Part shown: in pieces, positions 33,701 to 48,700 of the stretch
Layout of the letters: every line of letters starts with the position of its first letter
Numbering within the stretch: position 1 is the first letter of the stretch
NCBI GenBank assembly: GCA_964016885.1
Contig: OZ024742.1
Coordinates: forward strand, 146,444,001 to 146,508,000
From: Eledone cirrhosa
Taxonomy: Eukaryota
DNA: 64,000 nt
Reading direction: 5' to 3'
Made by a program: the position numbers and the translations under genes
The notes under the pieces: generated by a model
Told to the model about the DNA's origin: nothing
What the model saw: only the letters and a program-made list of their open reading frames with translations
Databases searched by the model: none

Positions 33701-36700
33701 TTCCCCTCTCATAGGGCTTAGAAGCAGTCATCATTCCCTTCTCATAGGCCTTAGAAGCAGTCATCATTCCCTTCTCATAGGCCTTAGAAGTCATCATGTT
33801 TCCCCTCTCATAGGGCTTAGAAGCAATCATCTTTTCCTTCTCATAAGGCTTAGAAGCAGTCATCATTCCCTTCTCACAGGGCTTAGAAGCCATCATCTTT
33901 CCCTTCTCATAGGGCTTAGAAGCAGTCATCTTTCCCTTCTCATAGGGCTTAAAAGCAGTCATCTTTCCCTTCTCATAGGGCTTAGAAGCAGTCATCTTTC
34001 CCTTCTCACATGGCTTAGAAACTGTCATCTTTCCCTTCTCATAGGGCTTAGAAGCAGTCATCTTTCCCTTCTCATGGGGCTTAGAAGCAGTCATCATTCC
34101 CCTCTCATAGGGCTTAGAAGCCATCATCTTTCCCTTCTCATAGGGCTTAGAAGCAGTCATCATTACCTTCTCATAGGGCTTAGAAGCTGTCATCATTCCA
34201 TTCTCATAGGGCTTAGAAGCCATCATATTTCCCCTCTCATAGGGCTTAGAAGCAGTCATCTTTCCCCTCTCATAGGGCTTAGAAGCCATCATCTTTCCCT
34301 TCTCATAGGGCTTAGAAGCAGTCATCATTCCCCTCTCATAGGGCTTAGAAGCCATCATCTTTCCCTTCTCATAGGACTTAGAAGCCATCATTTTTCCCTT
34401 CTCATAGGGCTTAGAAGCTGTCATCTTTCCCTTCTCATAGGGCTTAGAAGCCATCATCTTTCCCTTCTCATAGGCCTTAGAAGCCATCATCTTTCCCTTC
34501 TCATAGAGCTTAGAAGCTGTCATCATTCCCTTCTCATAGGGCTTAGAAGCAGTCATCTTTCCCTTCTCATAGGGCTTAGAAGCTGTCATCTTTCCCTTCT
34601 CATAGAGCTTAGAAGCTGTCATCATTCCCTTCTCATAGGGCTTAGAAGCCATCATCTTTCCCTTCTCATAGAGCTTAGAAGCTGTCATCATTCCCTTCTC
34701 ATAGGGCTTAGAAGCAGTCATCTTTCCCTTCTCATAGGGCTTAGAAGCCATCATCTTTCCCTTCTCATAGAGCTTAGAAGCTGTCATCATTCCCCTCTCA
34801 TAGGGCTTAGAAGCTGTCATCATTCCCCTCTCATAGGGCTTAGAAGCTGTCATCATTCCCCTCTCATAGGGCTTAGAAGCTGTCATCATTCCCTTCTCAT
34901 AGGGCTTAGAAGCTGTCATCATTCCCCTCTCATAGGGCTTAGAGGCTGTCATCATTCCCCTCTCATAGGGCTTAGAAGCTGTCATCATTCCCTTCTCATA
35001 GGGCTTAGAAGCAGTCATCATTTCACTTCTCATAGAGCTTAGAAGCTGTCATCATTCCCTTCTCATAGGGCTTAGAAGCTGTCATCTTTCCCTTCTCATA
35101 GGGCTTAGAAGCAGTCATCATTCCCTTCTCATAGGGCTTAGAAGCAGTCATCTTTCCCTTCTCATAGGGCTTAGAAGCTGTCATCATTCCCCTCTCATAG
35201 GGCTTAGAAGCTGTCATCATTCCCCTCTCATAGGGCTTAGAAGCTGTCATAATTCCCTTCTCATAGGGCTTAGAAGCAGTCATCTTTCCCTTCTCATAGA
35301 GCTTAGAAGCTGTCATCATTCCCTTCTCATAGGGCTTAGAAGCCATCATCTTTCCCTTCTGATAGGGCTTAGAAGCAGTCATCTTTCCCTTCTCATAGAG
35401 CTTAGAAGCAGTCATCATTCCCTTCTCATAGGGCTTAGAAGCCATCATCTTTCCCTTCTCATAGAGCTTAGAAGCTGTCATCATTCCCTTCTCATAGGGC
35501 TTAGAAGCCATCATCTTTCCCCTCTCATAGGGCTTAGAAGCCGTCATCTTTCCCTTCTCATAGGGCTTAGAAGCAGTCATCTTTCCCTTCTCATAGAGCT
35601 TAGAAGCTGTCATCTTTCCCATCTCATAGGGCCTAGAAGCCATCATGTTTTCCCTCTCATAGGGCTTAGAAGCCATCATCTTTCCCTTCTCATAGGACTT
35701 AGAAGCAGTCATCATTCCCTTCTCACAGGGCTTAGAAGCCATCATCTTTCCCTTCTCATAGGGCTTAGAAGCAGTCATCATTCCCTTCTCATAGGGCTTA
35801 GAAGCAGTCATCATTCTCTTCTCATAGGGCTTAGAAGCCATCATCTTTCCCTTCACATAGGGCTTAGAAGCAGTCATCATTCCCTTCTCATAGGGCTTAG
35901 AAGCTGTCATCTTTCCCTTCTCATGGGGCTTAGAAGCAGTCATCATTCTCCTCTAATAGGGCTTAGAAGCAGTCATCATTCCCTTCTCATAGGGCTTAGA
36001 AGCAGTCATCATTCCCTTCTCATAGGGCTTAGAAGCAGTCATCTTTCCCTTCTCATAGGGCTTAGAAGCCGTCATCTTTCCCTTCTCATAGGGCTTAGAA
36101 GCAGTCATCTTTCCCTTCTCATAGAGCTTAGAAGCAGTCATCATTCCCTTCTCATAGGGCTTAGAAGCAGTCATCTTTCCCCTCTCATAGGGCTTAGAAG
36201 CAGTCATCTTCCGCTTCTCATAGGGCTTAGAAGCTGTCATCATTCCCTTCTCATAGGGCTTAGAAGCCATCATCTTTCCCTTCTCATAGGGCTTAGAAGC
36301 AGTCATCTTTCCCTTCTCATAGAGCTTAGAAGCTGTCATCATTCCCTTCTCATAGGGCTTAGAAGCAGTCATCTTTCCCCTCTCATAGGGCTTAGAAGCA
36401 GTCATCTTTCCCCTCTCATAGGGCTTAGAAGCAGTCATCTTTCCCCTCTCATAGGGCTTAGAAGCCATCATCTTTCCCTTCTCATAGGGCTTAGAAGCAG
36501 TCATCATTCCCCTCTCATAGGGCTTAGAAGCCATCATCTTTCCCTTCTCATAGGACTTAGAAGCCATCATTTTTCCTTTCTCATAGGGCTTAGAAGCTGT
36601 CATCTTTCCCTTCTCATAGGGCTTAGAAGCCATCATCTTTCCCTTCTCATAGGCCTTAGAAGCCATCATCTTTCCCTTCTCATAGAGCTTAGAAGCTGTC

Positions 36701-39700
36701 ATCATTCCCTTCTCATAGGGCTTAGAAGCAGTCATCTTTCCCTTCTCATAGGGCTTAGAAGCTGTCATCTTTCCCTTCTCATAGAGCTTAGAAGCTGTCA
36801 TCATTCCCTTCTCATAGGGCTTAGAAGCCATCATCTTTCCCTTCTCATAGAGCTTAGAAGCTGTCATCATTCCCTTCTCATAGGGCTTAGAAGCAGTCAT
36901 CTTTCCCTTCTCATAGGGCTTAGAAGCCATCATCTTTCCCTTCTCATAGAGCTTAGAAGCTGTCATCATTCCCCTCTCATAGGGCTTAGAAGCTGTCATC
37001 ATTCCCCTCTCATAGGGCTTAGAAGCTGTCATCATTCCCCTCTCATAGGGCTTAGAAGCTGTCATCATTCCCTTCTCATAGGGCTTAGAAGCTGTCATCA
37101 TTCCCCTCTCATAGGGCTTAGAGGCTGTCATCATTCCCCTCTCATAGGGCTTAGAAGCTGTCATCATTCCCCTCTCATAGGGCTTAGAAGCTGTCATAAT
37201 TCCCTTCTCATAGGGCTTAGAAGCAGTCATCTTTCCCTTCTCATAGAGCTTAGAAGCTGTCATCATTCCCTTCTCATAGGGCTTAGAAGCCATCATCTTT
37301 CCCTTCTGATAGGGCTTAGAAGCAGTCATCTTTCCCTTCTCATAGAGCTTAGAAGCAGTCATCATTCCCTTCTCATAGGGCTTAGAAGCCATCATCTTTC
37401 CCTTCTCATAGAGCTTAGAAGCTGTCATCATTCCCTTCTCATAGGGCTTAGAAGCCATCATCTTTCCCCTCTCATAGGGCTTAGAAGCCGTCATCTTTCC
37501 CTTCTCATAGGGCTTAGAAGCAGTCATCTTTCCCTTCTCATAGAGCTTAGAAGCTGTCATCTTTCCCATCTCATAGGGCCTAGAAGCCATCATGTTTTCC
37601 CTCTCATAGGGCTTAGAAGCCATCATCTTTCCCTTCTCATAGGACTTAGAAGCAGTCATCATTCCCTTCTCACAGGGCTTAGAAGCCATCATCTTTCCCT
37701 TCTCATAGGGCTTAGAAGCAGTCATCATTCCCTTCTCATAGGGCTTAGAAGCAGTCATCATTCTCTTCTCATAGGGCTTAGAAGCCATCATCTTTCCCTT
37801 CACATAGGGCTTAGAAGCAGTCATCATTCCCTTCTCATAGGGCTTAGAAGCTGTCATCTTTCCCTTCTCATGGGGCTTAGAAGCAGTCATCATTCTCCTC
37901 TAATAGGGCTTAGAAGCAGTCATCATTCCCTTCTCATAGGGCTTAGAAGCAGTCATCATTCCCTTCTCATAGGGCTTAGAAGCAGTCATCTTTCCCTTCT
38001 CATAGGGCTTAGAAGCCGTCATCTTTCCCTTCTCATAGGGCTTAGAAGCAGTCATCTTTCCCTTCTCATAGAGCTTAGAAGCAGTCATCATTCCCTTCTC
38101 ATAGGGCTTAGAAGCAGTCATCTTTCCCCTCTCATAGGGCTTAGAAGCAGTCATCTTCCGCTTCTCATAGGGCTTAGAAGCTGTCATCATTCCCTTCTCA
38201 TAGGGCTTAGAAGCCATCATCTTTCCCTTCTCATAGGGCTTAGAAGCAGTCATCTTTCCCTTCTCATAGAGCTTAGAAGCTGTCATCATTCCCTTCTCAT
38301 AGGGCTTAGAAGCAGTCATCTTTCCCCTCTCATAGGGCTTAGAAGCAGTCATCTTTCCCCTCTCATAGGGCTTAGAAGCCATCATCTTTCCCCTCTCATA
38401 GGGCTTAGAAGCCATCATCTTTCCCCTCTCATAGGGCTTAGAAGCTGTCATCATTCCCTTCTCATAGGCCTTAGAAGCCATCATATTTCCTCTCTCATAG
38501 GGCTTAGAAGCCATCATCTTTCCCTTCTCATAGGGCTTAGAAGCAGTCATCATTACCTTCTCATAGGGCTTAGAAGCTGTCATCATTCCATTCTCATAGG
38601 GCTTAGAAGCCATCATATTTCCCCTCTCATAGGGCTTAGAAGCAGTCATCTTTCCCCTCTCATAGGGCTTAGAAGCCATCATCTTTCCCTTCTCATAGGG
38701 CTTAGAAGCAGTCATCATTCCCCTCTCATAGGGCTTAGAAGCCATCATCTTTCCCTTCTCATAGGACTTAGAAGCCATCATTTTTCCCTTCTCATAGGGC
38801 TTAGAAGCTGTCATCTTTCCCTTCTCATAGGGCTTAGAAGCCATCATCTTTCCCTTCTCATAGGCCTTAGAAGCCATCATCTTTCCCTTCTCATAGAGCT
38901 TAGAAGCTGTCACCATTCCCTTCTCATAGGGCTTAGAAGCAGTCATCTTTCCCTTCTCATAGGGCTTAGAAGCTGTCATCTTTCCCTTCTCATAGAGCTT
39001 AGAAGCTGTCATCATTCCCTTCTCATAGGGCTTAGAAGCCATCATCTTTCCCTTCTCATAGAGCTTAGAAGCTGTCATCATTCCCTTCTCATAGGGCTTA
39101 GAAGCAGTCATCTTTCCCTTCTCATAGGGCTTAGAAGCCATCATCTTTCCCTTCTCATAGAGCTTAGAAGCTGTCATCATTCCCCTCTCATAGGGCTTAG
39201 AAGCTGTCATCATTCCCTTCTCATAGGGCTTAGAAGCAGTCATCATTCCCTTCTCATAGGGCTTAGAAGCAGTCATCTTTCCCTTCTCATAGGGCTTAGA
39301 AGCTGTCATCATTCCCCTCTCATAGGGCTTAGAAGCTGTCATCATTCCCCTCTCATAGGGCTTAGAAGCTGTCATAATTCCCTTCTCATAGGGCTTAGAA
39401 GCAGTCATCTTTCCCTTCTCATAGAGCTTAGAAGCTGTCATCATTCCCTTCTCATAGGGCTTAGAAGCCATCATCTTTCCCTTCTGATAGGGCTTAGAAG
39501 CAGTCATCTTTCCCTTCTCATAGAGCTTAGAAGCAGTCATCATTCCCTTCTCATAGGGCTTAGAAGCCATCATCTTTCCCTTCTCATAGAGCTTAGAAGC
39601 TGTCATCATTCCCTTCTCATAGGGCTTAGAAGCCATCATCTTTCCCCTCTCATAGGGCTTAGAAGCCGTCATCTTTCCCTTCTCATAGGGCTTAGAAGCA

Positions 39701-42700
39701 GTCATCTTTCCCTTCTCATAGAGCTTAGAAGCTGTCATCTTTCCCATCTCATAGGGCCTAGAAGCCATCATGTTTTCCCTCTCATAGGGCTTAGAAGCCA
39801 TCATCTTTCCCTTCTCATAGGACTTAGAAGCAGTCATCATTCCCTTCTCACAGGGCTTAGAAGCCATCATCTTTCCCTTCTCATAGGGCTTAGAAGCAGT
39901 CATCATTCCCTTCTCATAGGGCTTAGAAGCAGTCATCATTCTCTTCTCATAGGGCTTAGAAGCCATCATCTTTCCCTTCACATAGGGCTTAGAAGCAGTC
40001 ATCATTCCCTTCTCATAGGGCTTAGAAGCTGTCATCTTTCCCTTCTCATGGGGCTTAGAAGCAGTCATCATTCTCCTCTAATAGGGCTTAGAAGCAGTCA
40101 TCATTCCCTTCTCATAGGGCTTAGAAGCAGTCATCATTCCCTTCTCATAGGGCTTAGAAGCAGTCATCTTTCCCTTCTCATAGGGCTTAGAAGCCGTCAT
40201 CTTTCCCTTCTCATAGGGCTTAGAAGCAGTCATCTTTCCCTTCTCATAGAGCTTAGAAGCAGTCATCATTCCCTTCTCATAGGGCTTAGAAGCAGTCATC
40301 TTTCCCCTCTCATAGGGCTTAGAAGCAGTCATCTTCCGCTTCTCATAGGGCTTAGAAGCTGTCATCATTCCCTTCTCATAGGGCTTAGAAGCCATCATCT
40401 TTCCCTTCTCATAGGGCTTAGAAGCAGTCATCTTTCCCTTCTCATAGAGCTTAGAAGCTGTCATCATTCCCTTCTCATAGGGCTTAGAAGCAGTCATCTT
40501 TCCCCTCTCATAGGGCTTAGAAGCAGTCATCTTTCCCCTCTCATAGGGCTTAGAAGCCATCATCTTTCCCCTCTCATAGGGCTTAGAAGCCATCATCTTT
40601 CCCCTCTCATAGGGCTTAGAAGCTGTCATCATTCCCTTCTCATAGGCCTTAGAAGCCATCATATTTCCTCTCTCATAGGGCTTAGAAGCCATCATCTTTC
40701 CCTTCTCATAGGGCTTAGAAGCAGTCATCATTACCTTCTCATAGGGCTTAGAAGCTGTCATCATTCCATTCTCATAGGGCTTAGAAGCCATCATATTTCC
40801 CCTCTCATAGGGCTTAGAAGCAGTCATCTTTCCCCTCTCATAGGGCTTAGAAGCCATCATCTTTCCCTTCTCATAGGGCTTAGAAGCAGTCATCATTCCC
40901 CTCTCATAGGGCTTAGAAGCCATCATCTTTCCCTTCTCATAGGACTTAGAAGCCATCATTTTTCCCTTCTCATAGGGCTTAGAAGCTGTCATCTTTCCCT
41001 TCTCATAGGGCTTAGAAGCCATCATCTTTCCCTTCTCATAGGCCTTAGAAGCCATCATCTTTCCCTTCTCATAGAGCTTAGAAGCTGTCATCATTCCCTT
41101 CTCATAGGGCTTAGAAGCAGTCATCTTTCCCTTCTCATAGGGCTTAGAAGCTGTCATCTTTCCCTTCTCATAGAGCTTAGAAGCTGTCATCATTCCTTTC
41201 TCATAGGGCTTAGAAGCCATCATCTTTCCCTTCTCATAGAGCTTAGAAGCTGTCATCATTCCCTTCTCATAGGGCTTAGAAGCAGTCATCTTTCCCTTCT
41301 CATAGGGCTTAGAAGCCATCATCTTTCCCTTCTCATAGAGCTTAGAAGCTGTCATCATTCCCCTCTCATAGGGCTTAGAAGCTGTCATCATTCCCCTCTC
41401 ATAGGGCTTAGAAGCTGTCATCATTCCCCTCTCATAGGGCTTAGAAGCTGTCATCATTCCCTTCTCATAGGGCTTAGAAGCTGTCATCATTCCCCTCTCA
41501 TAGGGCTTAGAAGCTGTCATCATTCCCCTCTCATAGGGCTTAGAAGCTGTCATCATTCCCTTCTCATAGGGCTTAGAAGCAGTCATCATTTCACTTCTCA
41601 TAGAGCTTAGAAGCTGTCATCATTCCCTTCTCATAGGGCTTAGAAGCTGTCATCTTTCCCTTCTCATAGGGCTTAGAAGCAGTCATCATTCCCTTCTCAT
41701 AGGGCTTAGAAGCAGTCATCTTTCCCTTCTCATAGGGCTTAGAAGCTGTCATCATTCCCCTCTCATAGGGCTTAGAAGCTGTCATCATTCCCCTCTCATA
41801 GGGCTTAGAAGCTGTCATAATTCCCTTCTCATAGGGCTTAGAAGCAGTCATCTTTCCCTTCTCATACAGCTTAGAAGCTGTCATCATTCCCTTCTCATAG
41901 GGCTTAGAAGCCATCATCTTTCCCTTCTGATAGGGCTTAGAAGCAGTCATCTTTCCCTTCTCATAGAGCTTAGAAGCTGTCATCATTCCCTTCTCATAGG
42001 GCTTAGAAGCCATCATCTTTCCCTTCTCATAGAGCTTAGAAGCTGTCATCATTCCCTTCTCATAGGTCTTAGAAGCCATCATCTTTCCCCTCTCACAGGG
42101 CTTAGAAGCCGTCATCTTTCCCTTCTCATAGGGCTTAGAAGCAGTCATCTTTCCCTTCTCATAGAGCTTAGAAGCTGTCATCTTTCCCATCTCATAGGGC
42201 CTAGAAGCCATCATGTTTTCCCTCTCATAGGGCTTAGAAGCCATCATCTTTCCCTTCTCATAGGACTTAGAAGCAGTCATCATTCCCTTCTCACAGGGCT
42301 TAGAAGCCATCATCTTTCCCTTCTCATAGGGCTTAGAAGCAGTCATCATTCCCTTCTCATAGGGCTTAGAAGCAGTCATCATTCTCTTCTCATAGGGCTT
42401 AGAAGCCATCATCTATCCCTTCACATAGGGCTTAGAAGCAGTCATCATTCCCTTCTCACAGGGCTTAGAAGCCATCATCTTTCCCTTCTCATAGGGCTTA
42501 GAAGCCATCGTCTTTCCCTTCTCATAGGGCTTAGAAGCTGTCATCTTTCCCTTCTCATGGGGCTTAGAAGCAGTCATCATTCCCCTCTAATAGGGCTTAG
42601 AAGCAGTCATCATTCCCTTCTCATAGGGCTTAGAAGCAGTCATCATTCCCTTCTCATAGGGCTTAGAAGCAGTCATCTTTCCCTTCTCATAGGGCTTAGA

Positions 42701-45700
42701 AGCCGTCATCTTTCCCTTCTCATAGGGCTTAGAAGCAGTCATCTTTCCCTTCTCATAGAGCTTAGAAGCAGTCATCATTCCCTTCTCATAGGGCGTAGAA
42801 GCAGTCATCTTTCCCCTCTCATAGGGCTTAGAAGCAGTCATCTTCCGCTTCTCATAGGGCTTAGAAGCTGTCATCATTCCCTTCTCATAGGGCTTAGAAG
42901 CCATCATCTTTCCCTTCTCATAGGGCTTAGAAGCTGTCATCTTTCCCTTCTCATAGAGCTTAGAAGCTGTCATCATTCCCTTCTCATAGGGCTTAGAAGC
43001 AGTCATCTTTCCCCTCTCATAGGGCTTAGAAGCAGTCATCTTTCCCCTCTCATAGGGCTTAGAAGCCATCATCTTTCCCCTCTCATAGGGCTTAGAAGCC
43101 ATCATCTTTCCCCTCTCATAGGGCTTAGAAGCTGTCATCATTCCCTTCTCATAGGCCTTAGAAGCCATCATATTTCCTCTCTCATAGGGCTTAGAAGTAG
43201 TCATCTTTCCCCTCTCATAGGGCTTAGAAGCCATCATGTTTCCCCTCTCATAGGGCTTAGAAGCCATCATCTTTCCCTTCTCATAGGTCTTAGAAGCAGT
43301 CATCATTCCCTTCTCATAGGCCTTAGAAGCAGTCATCATTCCCTTCTCATAGGCCTTAGAAGCCATCATGTTTCCCCTCTCATAGGGCTTAGAAGCCATC
43401 ATCTTTCCCTTCTCATAGGGCTTAGAAGCAGTCATCATTCCCTTCTTACATGGCTTAGAAGCCATCATCTTTCCCTTCTCATAGGGCTTAGAAGCAGTCA
43501 TCATTTCCTTCTCAAAGGGCTTAGAAGCAGTCATCATTCCCTTCTCATAGGGCTTAGAAGCCATCATCTTTCCCTTCTCATAGGGCTTAGAAGCAGTCAT
43601 CATTCCCTTCTCACAGGGCTTAGAAGCCATCATCTTTCCCTTCTCATAGGGCTTAGAAGCCATCGTCTTTCCCTTCTCATAGGGCTTAGAAGCTGTCATC
43701 ATTCCCTTCTCATAGGGCTTAGAAGCTGTCATCTTTCCCCTCTCATAGGGCTTAGAAGCTGTCATCATTCCCTTCTCATAGGGCTTAGAAGCAGTCATCA
43801 TTCCCTTCTCACAGGGCTTAGAAGCTGTCATCTTTCCCTTCTCATAGGGCTTAGAAGCAGTCATCTTTCCCTTCTCATAGGGCTTAGAAGCAGTCATCTT
43901 TCCCTTCTCATAGGGCTTAGAAGCTGTCATCTTTCCCTTCTCATAGGGCTTAGAAGCAGTCATCTTTCCCTTCTCATAGAGCTTAGAAGCTGTCATCTTT
44001 CCCTTCTCATAGGGCTTAGAAGCAGTCATCTTTCCCTTCTCATAGGGCTTAGAAGCAGTCATCTTTCCCTTCTCATAGGGCTTAGAAGCTGTCATCTTTC
44101 CCTTCTCATAGGGCTTAGAAGCAGTCATCTTTCCCTTCTCATAGGGCTTAGAAGCTGTCATCTTTCCCTTCTCATAGGGCTTTGAAGCAGTCATCTTTCC
44201 CTTCTCATAGGGCTTAGAAGCAGTCATCTTTACCTTCTCATAGGGCTTAGAAGCAGTCATCTTTCCCTTCTCACAGGGCTTAGAAGCTGTCATCTTTCCC
44301 TTCTCATAGGGCTTAGAAGCAGTCATCTTTCCCTTCTCATAGGGCTTAGAAGCAGTCATCTTTCTCTTCTCATAGGGCTTAGAAGCAGTCATCTTTCCCT
44401 TCTCATAGGGCTTAGAAGCAGTCATCTTTCCCTTCTCACAGGGCTTACAAGCTGTCATCTTTCCCTTCTCATAGGGATTAGAAGCAGTCATCTTTCCCTT
44501 CTCATAGGGCTTAGAAGCTGTCATCTTTCCCCTCTCATAGGGCTTAGAAGCAGTCATCATTCCCCTCTTATAGGGCTTAGAAGCAGTCATCATTCCCTTC
44601 TCATAGGGCTTAGAAGCTGTCATCTTTCCCTTCTCATAGGGCTTAGAAGCAGTCATCTTTCCCTCCTTATAGGGCTTAGAAGCAGTCATCATTCCCTTCT
44701 TCTAGGGCTTAGAAGCTGTCATCTTTCCCTTCTCATAGGGCTTAGACGCAGTCATCATTCCCCTCTCATAGGGCTTAGAAGCAGTCATCATTCCCTTCTC
44801 ATAGGGCTTAGAAGCTGTCATCTTTCCCTTCTCATAGGGCTTAGAAGCAGTAATCTTTCCCTTCTCATAGGGCTTAGAAGCAGTCATCATTCCATTCTCA
44901 TAGGGCTTAGAAGCAGTCATCTTTCACCTTCTCATAGGGCTTAGAAGCTGTCATCTTTCCCTTCTCATAGGGCTTAGAAGCAGTCATCATTCCCTTCTCA
45001 TAGGGCTTAGAAGCAGTCATCATTCCCTTCTCATAGGGCTTAGAAGCCATCATCTTTCCCTTCTCATAAGGCTTAGAGGCAGTCATCATTCCCTTCTCAC
45101 AGGGCTTAGAAGACATCATCTTTCCCTTCTCATAGGGCTTAGAAGCCATCATCTTTCCCTTCTCATAGGGCTTAGAAGCTGTCATCATTCCCTTCTCATA
45201 GGGCTTAGAAGCAGTCATCATTCCCCTCTCACAGGGCTTAGAAGCTGTCATCTTTCCCTTCTCATATGGTTTAGAAGCAGTCATCTTTCCCTTCTCATAG
45301 GGCTTAGAAGCAGTCATCTTTCCCTTCTCATAGGGCTTAGAAGCTGTCATCTTTCCCTTCTCATAAGGCTTAGAAGCAGTCATCTTTCCCTTCTCATAGG
45401 GCTTAGAAGCAGTCATCTTTCCCTTCTCACAGGGCTTAGAAGCTGTCATCTTTCCATTCTCATAGAGCTTAGAAGCTATCATCTTTCCCCTCTCATAGGG
45501 CTTAGAAGCAGTCATCATTCCCCTCTCATAGGGCTTAGAAGCAGTCATCATTCCCTTCTCATAGGGCTTAGAAGCTGTCATCTTTCCCTTCTCATAGGGC
45601 TTAGAAGCAGTCATCTTTCCCTTCTCATAGGGCTTAGAAGCAGTCATCATTCCCTTCTCATAGGGCTTAGAAGCTGTCATCTTTCCCTTCTCATAGGGCT

Positions 45701-48700
45701 TAGAAGCAGTCATCATTCCCCTCTCATAGGGCTTAGAAGCTGTCATCTTTCCCTTCTCATAGGGCTTAGAATCAGTCATTATTCCCTTCTCATAGGGCTT
45801 AGAAGCAGTCATCATTCCCTTCTCATAGGGCCTAGAAGCCATCATCTTTCCCTTCTCATAGGGCTTAGAAGCAGTCATCATTCCCTTCTCTCAGGGCTTA
45901 GAAGACATCATCTTTCCCTTCTCATAGGGCTTAGAAGCAGTCATCATTCCCCTCTCACAGGGCTTAGAAGCTGTCATCTTTCCCTTCTCATAGGGCTTAG
46001 AAGCAGTCATCTTTCCCTTCTCATAGGGCTTAGAAGCAGTCATCTTTCCCTTCTCATAGGGCTTAGAAGCTGTCATCTTTCCCTTCTCATAGGGCTTAGA
46101 AGCAGTCATCTTTCCCTTCTCATAGGGCTTAGAAGCAGTCATCTTTCCCTCCTCACAGGGCTTAGAAGCTGTCATCTTTCCCTTCTCATAGAGCTTAGAA
46201 GCTGTCATCTTTCCCCTCTCATAGGGCTTAGAAGCAGTCATCATTCCCTTCTCATAGGGCTTAGAAGCTGTCATCTTTCCCTTCTCATAGGGCTTAGAAG
46301 CAGTCATCTTTCCCTTCTCATAGGGCTTAGAAGCTGTCATCTTTCCCTTCTCATAGGGCTTAGAAGCAGTCATCTTTCCCTTCTCATAGGGCTTAGAAGC
46401 AGTCATCTTTACCTTCTCATAGGGCTTAGAAGCAGTCATCTTTCCCTTCTCACAGGGCTTAGAAGCTGTCATCTTTCCCTTCTCATAGGGCTTAGAAGCA
46501 GTCATCTTTCCATTCTCATAGGGCTTAGAAGCTGTCACCTTTCCCCTCTCATAGGGCTTAGAAGCAGTCATCATTCCCCTCTTATAGGGCTTAGAAGCAG
46601 TCATCATTCCCCTCTCATAGGGCTTAGAAGCAGTCATCATTCCCTTCTCATAGGGCTTAGAAGCAGTCATCATTCCCCTCTCATAGGGCTTAGAAGCAGT
46701 CATCTTTCCCCTCTCACAGGGCTTAGAAGCTGTCATCTTTCCCTTCTCATAGGGCTTCGAAGCAGTCATCTTTCCCTCCTCATAGGGCTTAGAAGCAGTC
46801 ATCATTCCCTTCTCCTAGGGCTTAGAAGCTGTCATCTTTCCCTTCTCATAGGGCTTAGACGCAGTCATCATTCCCCTCTCATAGGGCTTAGAAGCAGTCA
46901 TCATTCCCTTCTCATAGGGCTTAGAAGCTGTCATCTTTCCCTTCTCATAGGGCTTAGAAGCAGTCATCTTTCCCTTCTCATAGGGCTTAGAAGCCATCAT
47001 CTTTCCCTTCTGATAGGGCTTAGAAGCAGTCATCATTCCCTTCTCACAGGGCTTAGAAGACATCATCTTTCCCTTCTCATAGGGCTTAGAAGCCATCATC
47101 TTTCCCTTCTCATAGGGCTTAGAAGCTGTCATCATTCCCTTCTCATAGGGCTTAGAAGCAGTCATCATTCCCCTCTCACAGGGCTTAGAAGCTGTCATCT
47201 TTCCCTTCTCATATGGCTTAGAAGCAGTCATCATTCCCTTCTCACAGGGCTTAGAAGCCATCATCTTTCCCTTCTCATAGGGCTTAGAAGCCATCATCTT
47301 TCCCTTCTCATAGGGCTTAGAAGCTGTCATCTTTCCCTTCTCATGGGGCTTAGAAGCAGTCATCATTCCCCTCTAATAGGGCTTAGAAGCAGTCATCATT
47401 CCCTTCTCATAGGGCTTAGAAGCAGTCATCATTCCCTTCTCATAGGGCTTAGAAGCAGTCATCTTTCCCTTCTCATAGGGCTTAGAAGCAGTCATCTTTC
47501 CCTTCTCATAGGGCTTAAAAGCTGTCATCATTCCCTTCTCATAGGGCTTAGAAGCCATCATCTTTCCCTTCTCATAGGGCTTAGAAGCAGTCATCTTTCC
47601 CTTCTCATAGAGCTTAGAAGCTGTCATCATTCCCTTCTCATAGGGCTTAGAAGCAGTCATCTTTCCCCTCTCATAGGGCTTAGAAGCAGTCATCTTTCCC
47701 CTCTCATAGGGCTTAGAAGCCATCATCTTTCCCCTCTCATAGGGCTTAGAAGCCATCATCTTTCCCCTCTCATAGGGCTTAGAAGCTGTCATCATTCCCT
47801 TCTCATAGGCCTTAGAAGCCATCATATTTCCTCTCTCATAGGGCTTAGAAGTAGTCATCTTTCCCCTCTCATAGGGCTTAGAAGCCATCATGTTTCCCCT
47901 CTCATAGGGCTTAGAAGCCATCATCTTTCCCTTCTCACAGGGCTTAGAAGCTGTCATCTTTCCCTTCTCATAGGGCTTAGAAGCAGTCATCTTTCCCTTC
48001 TCATAGGGCTTAGAAGCAGTCATCTTTCTCTTCTCATAGGGCTTAGAAGCAGTCATCTTTCCCTTCTCATAGGGCTTAGAAGCAGTCATCTTTCCCTTCT
48101 CACAGGGCTTAGAAGCTGTCATCTTTCCCTTCTCATAGGGCTTAGAAGCAGTCATCTTTCCCTTCTCATAGGGCTTAGAAGCTGTCATCTTTCCCCTCTC
48201 ATAGGGCTTAGAAGCAGTCATCATTCCCCTCTTATAGGGCTTAGAAGCAGTCATCATTCCCTTCTCATAGGGCTTAGAAGCTGTCATCTTTCCCTTCTCA
48301 TAGGGCTTAGAAGCAGTCATCTTTCCCTCCTCATAGGGCTTAGAAGCAGTCATCATTCCCTTCTCCTAGGGCTTAGAAGCTGTCATCTTTCCCTTCTCAT
48401 AGGGCTTAGACGCAGTCATCATTCCCCTCTCATAGGGCTTAGAAGCTGTCATGTTTCCCTTCTCATAGGGCTTAGAAGCAGTCATCATTCCCTTCTGATA
48501 GGGCTTAGAAGCAGTCATCATTCCCTTCTCATAGGGCTTAGAAGCCATAATCTTTCCCTTCTCATAGGGCTTAGAAGCAGTCATCATTCCCTTCTCACAG
48601 AGCTTAGAAGACATCATCTTTCCCTTCTCATAGGGCTTAGAAGCCATCATCTTTCCCTTCTCATAGGGCTTAGAAGCAGTCATCATTCCCCTCTCACAGG

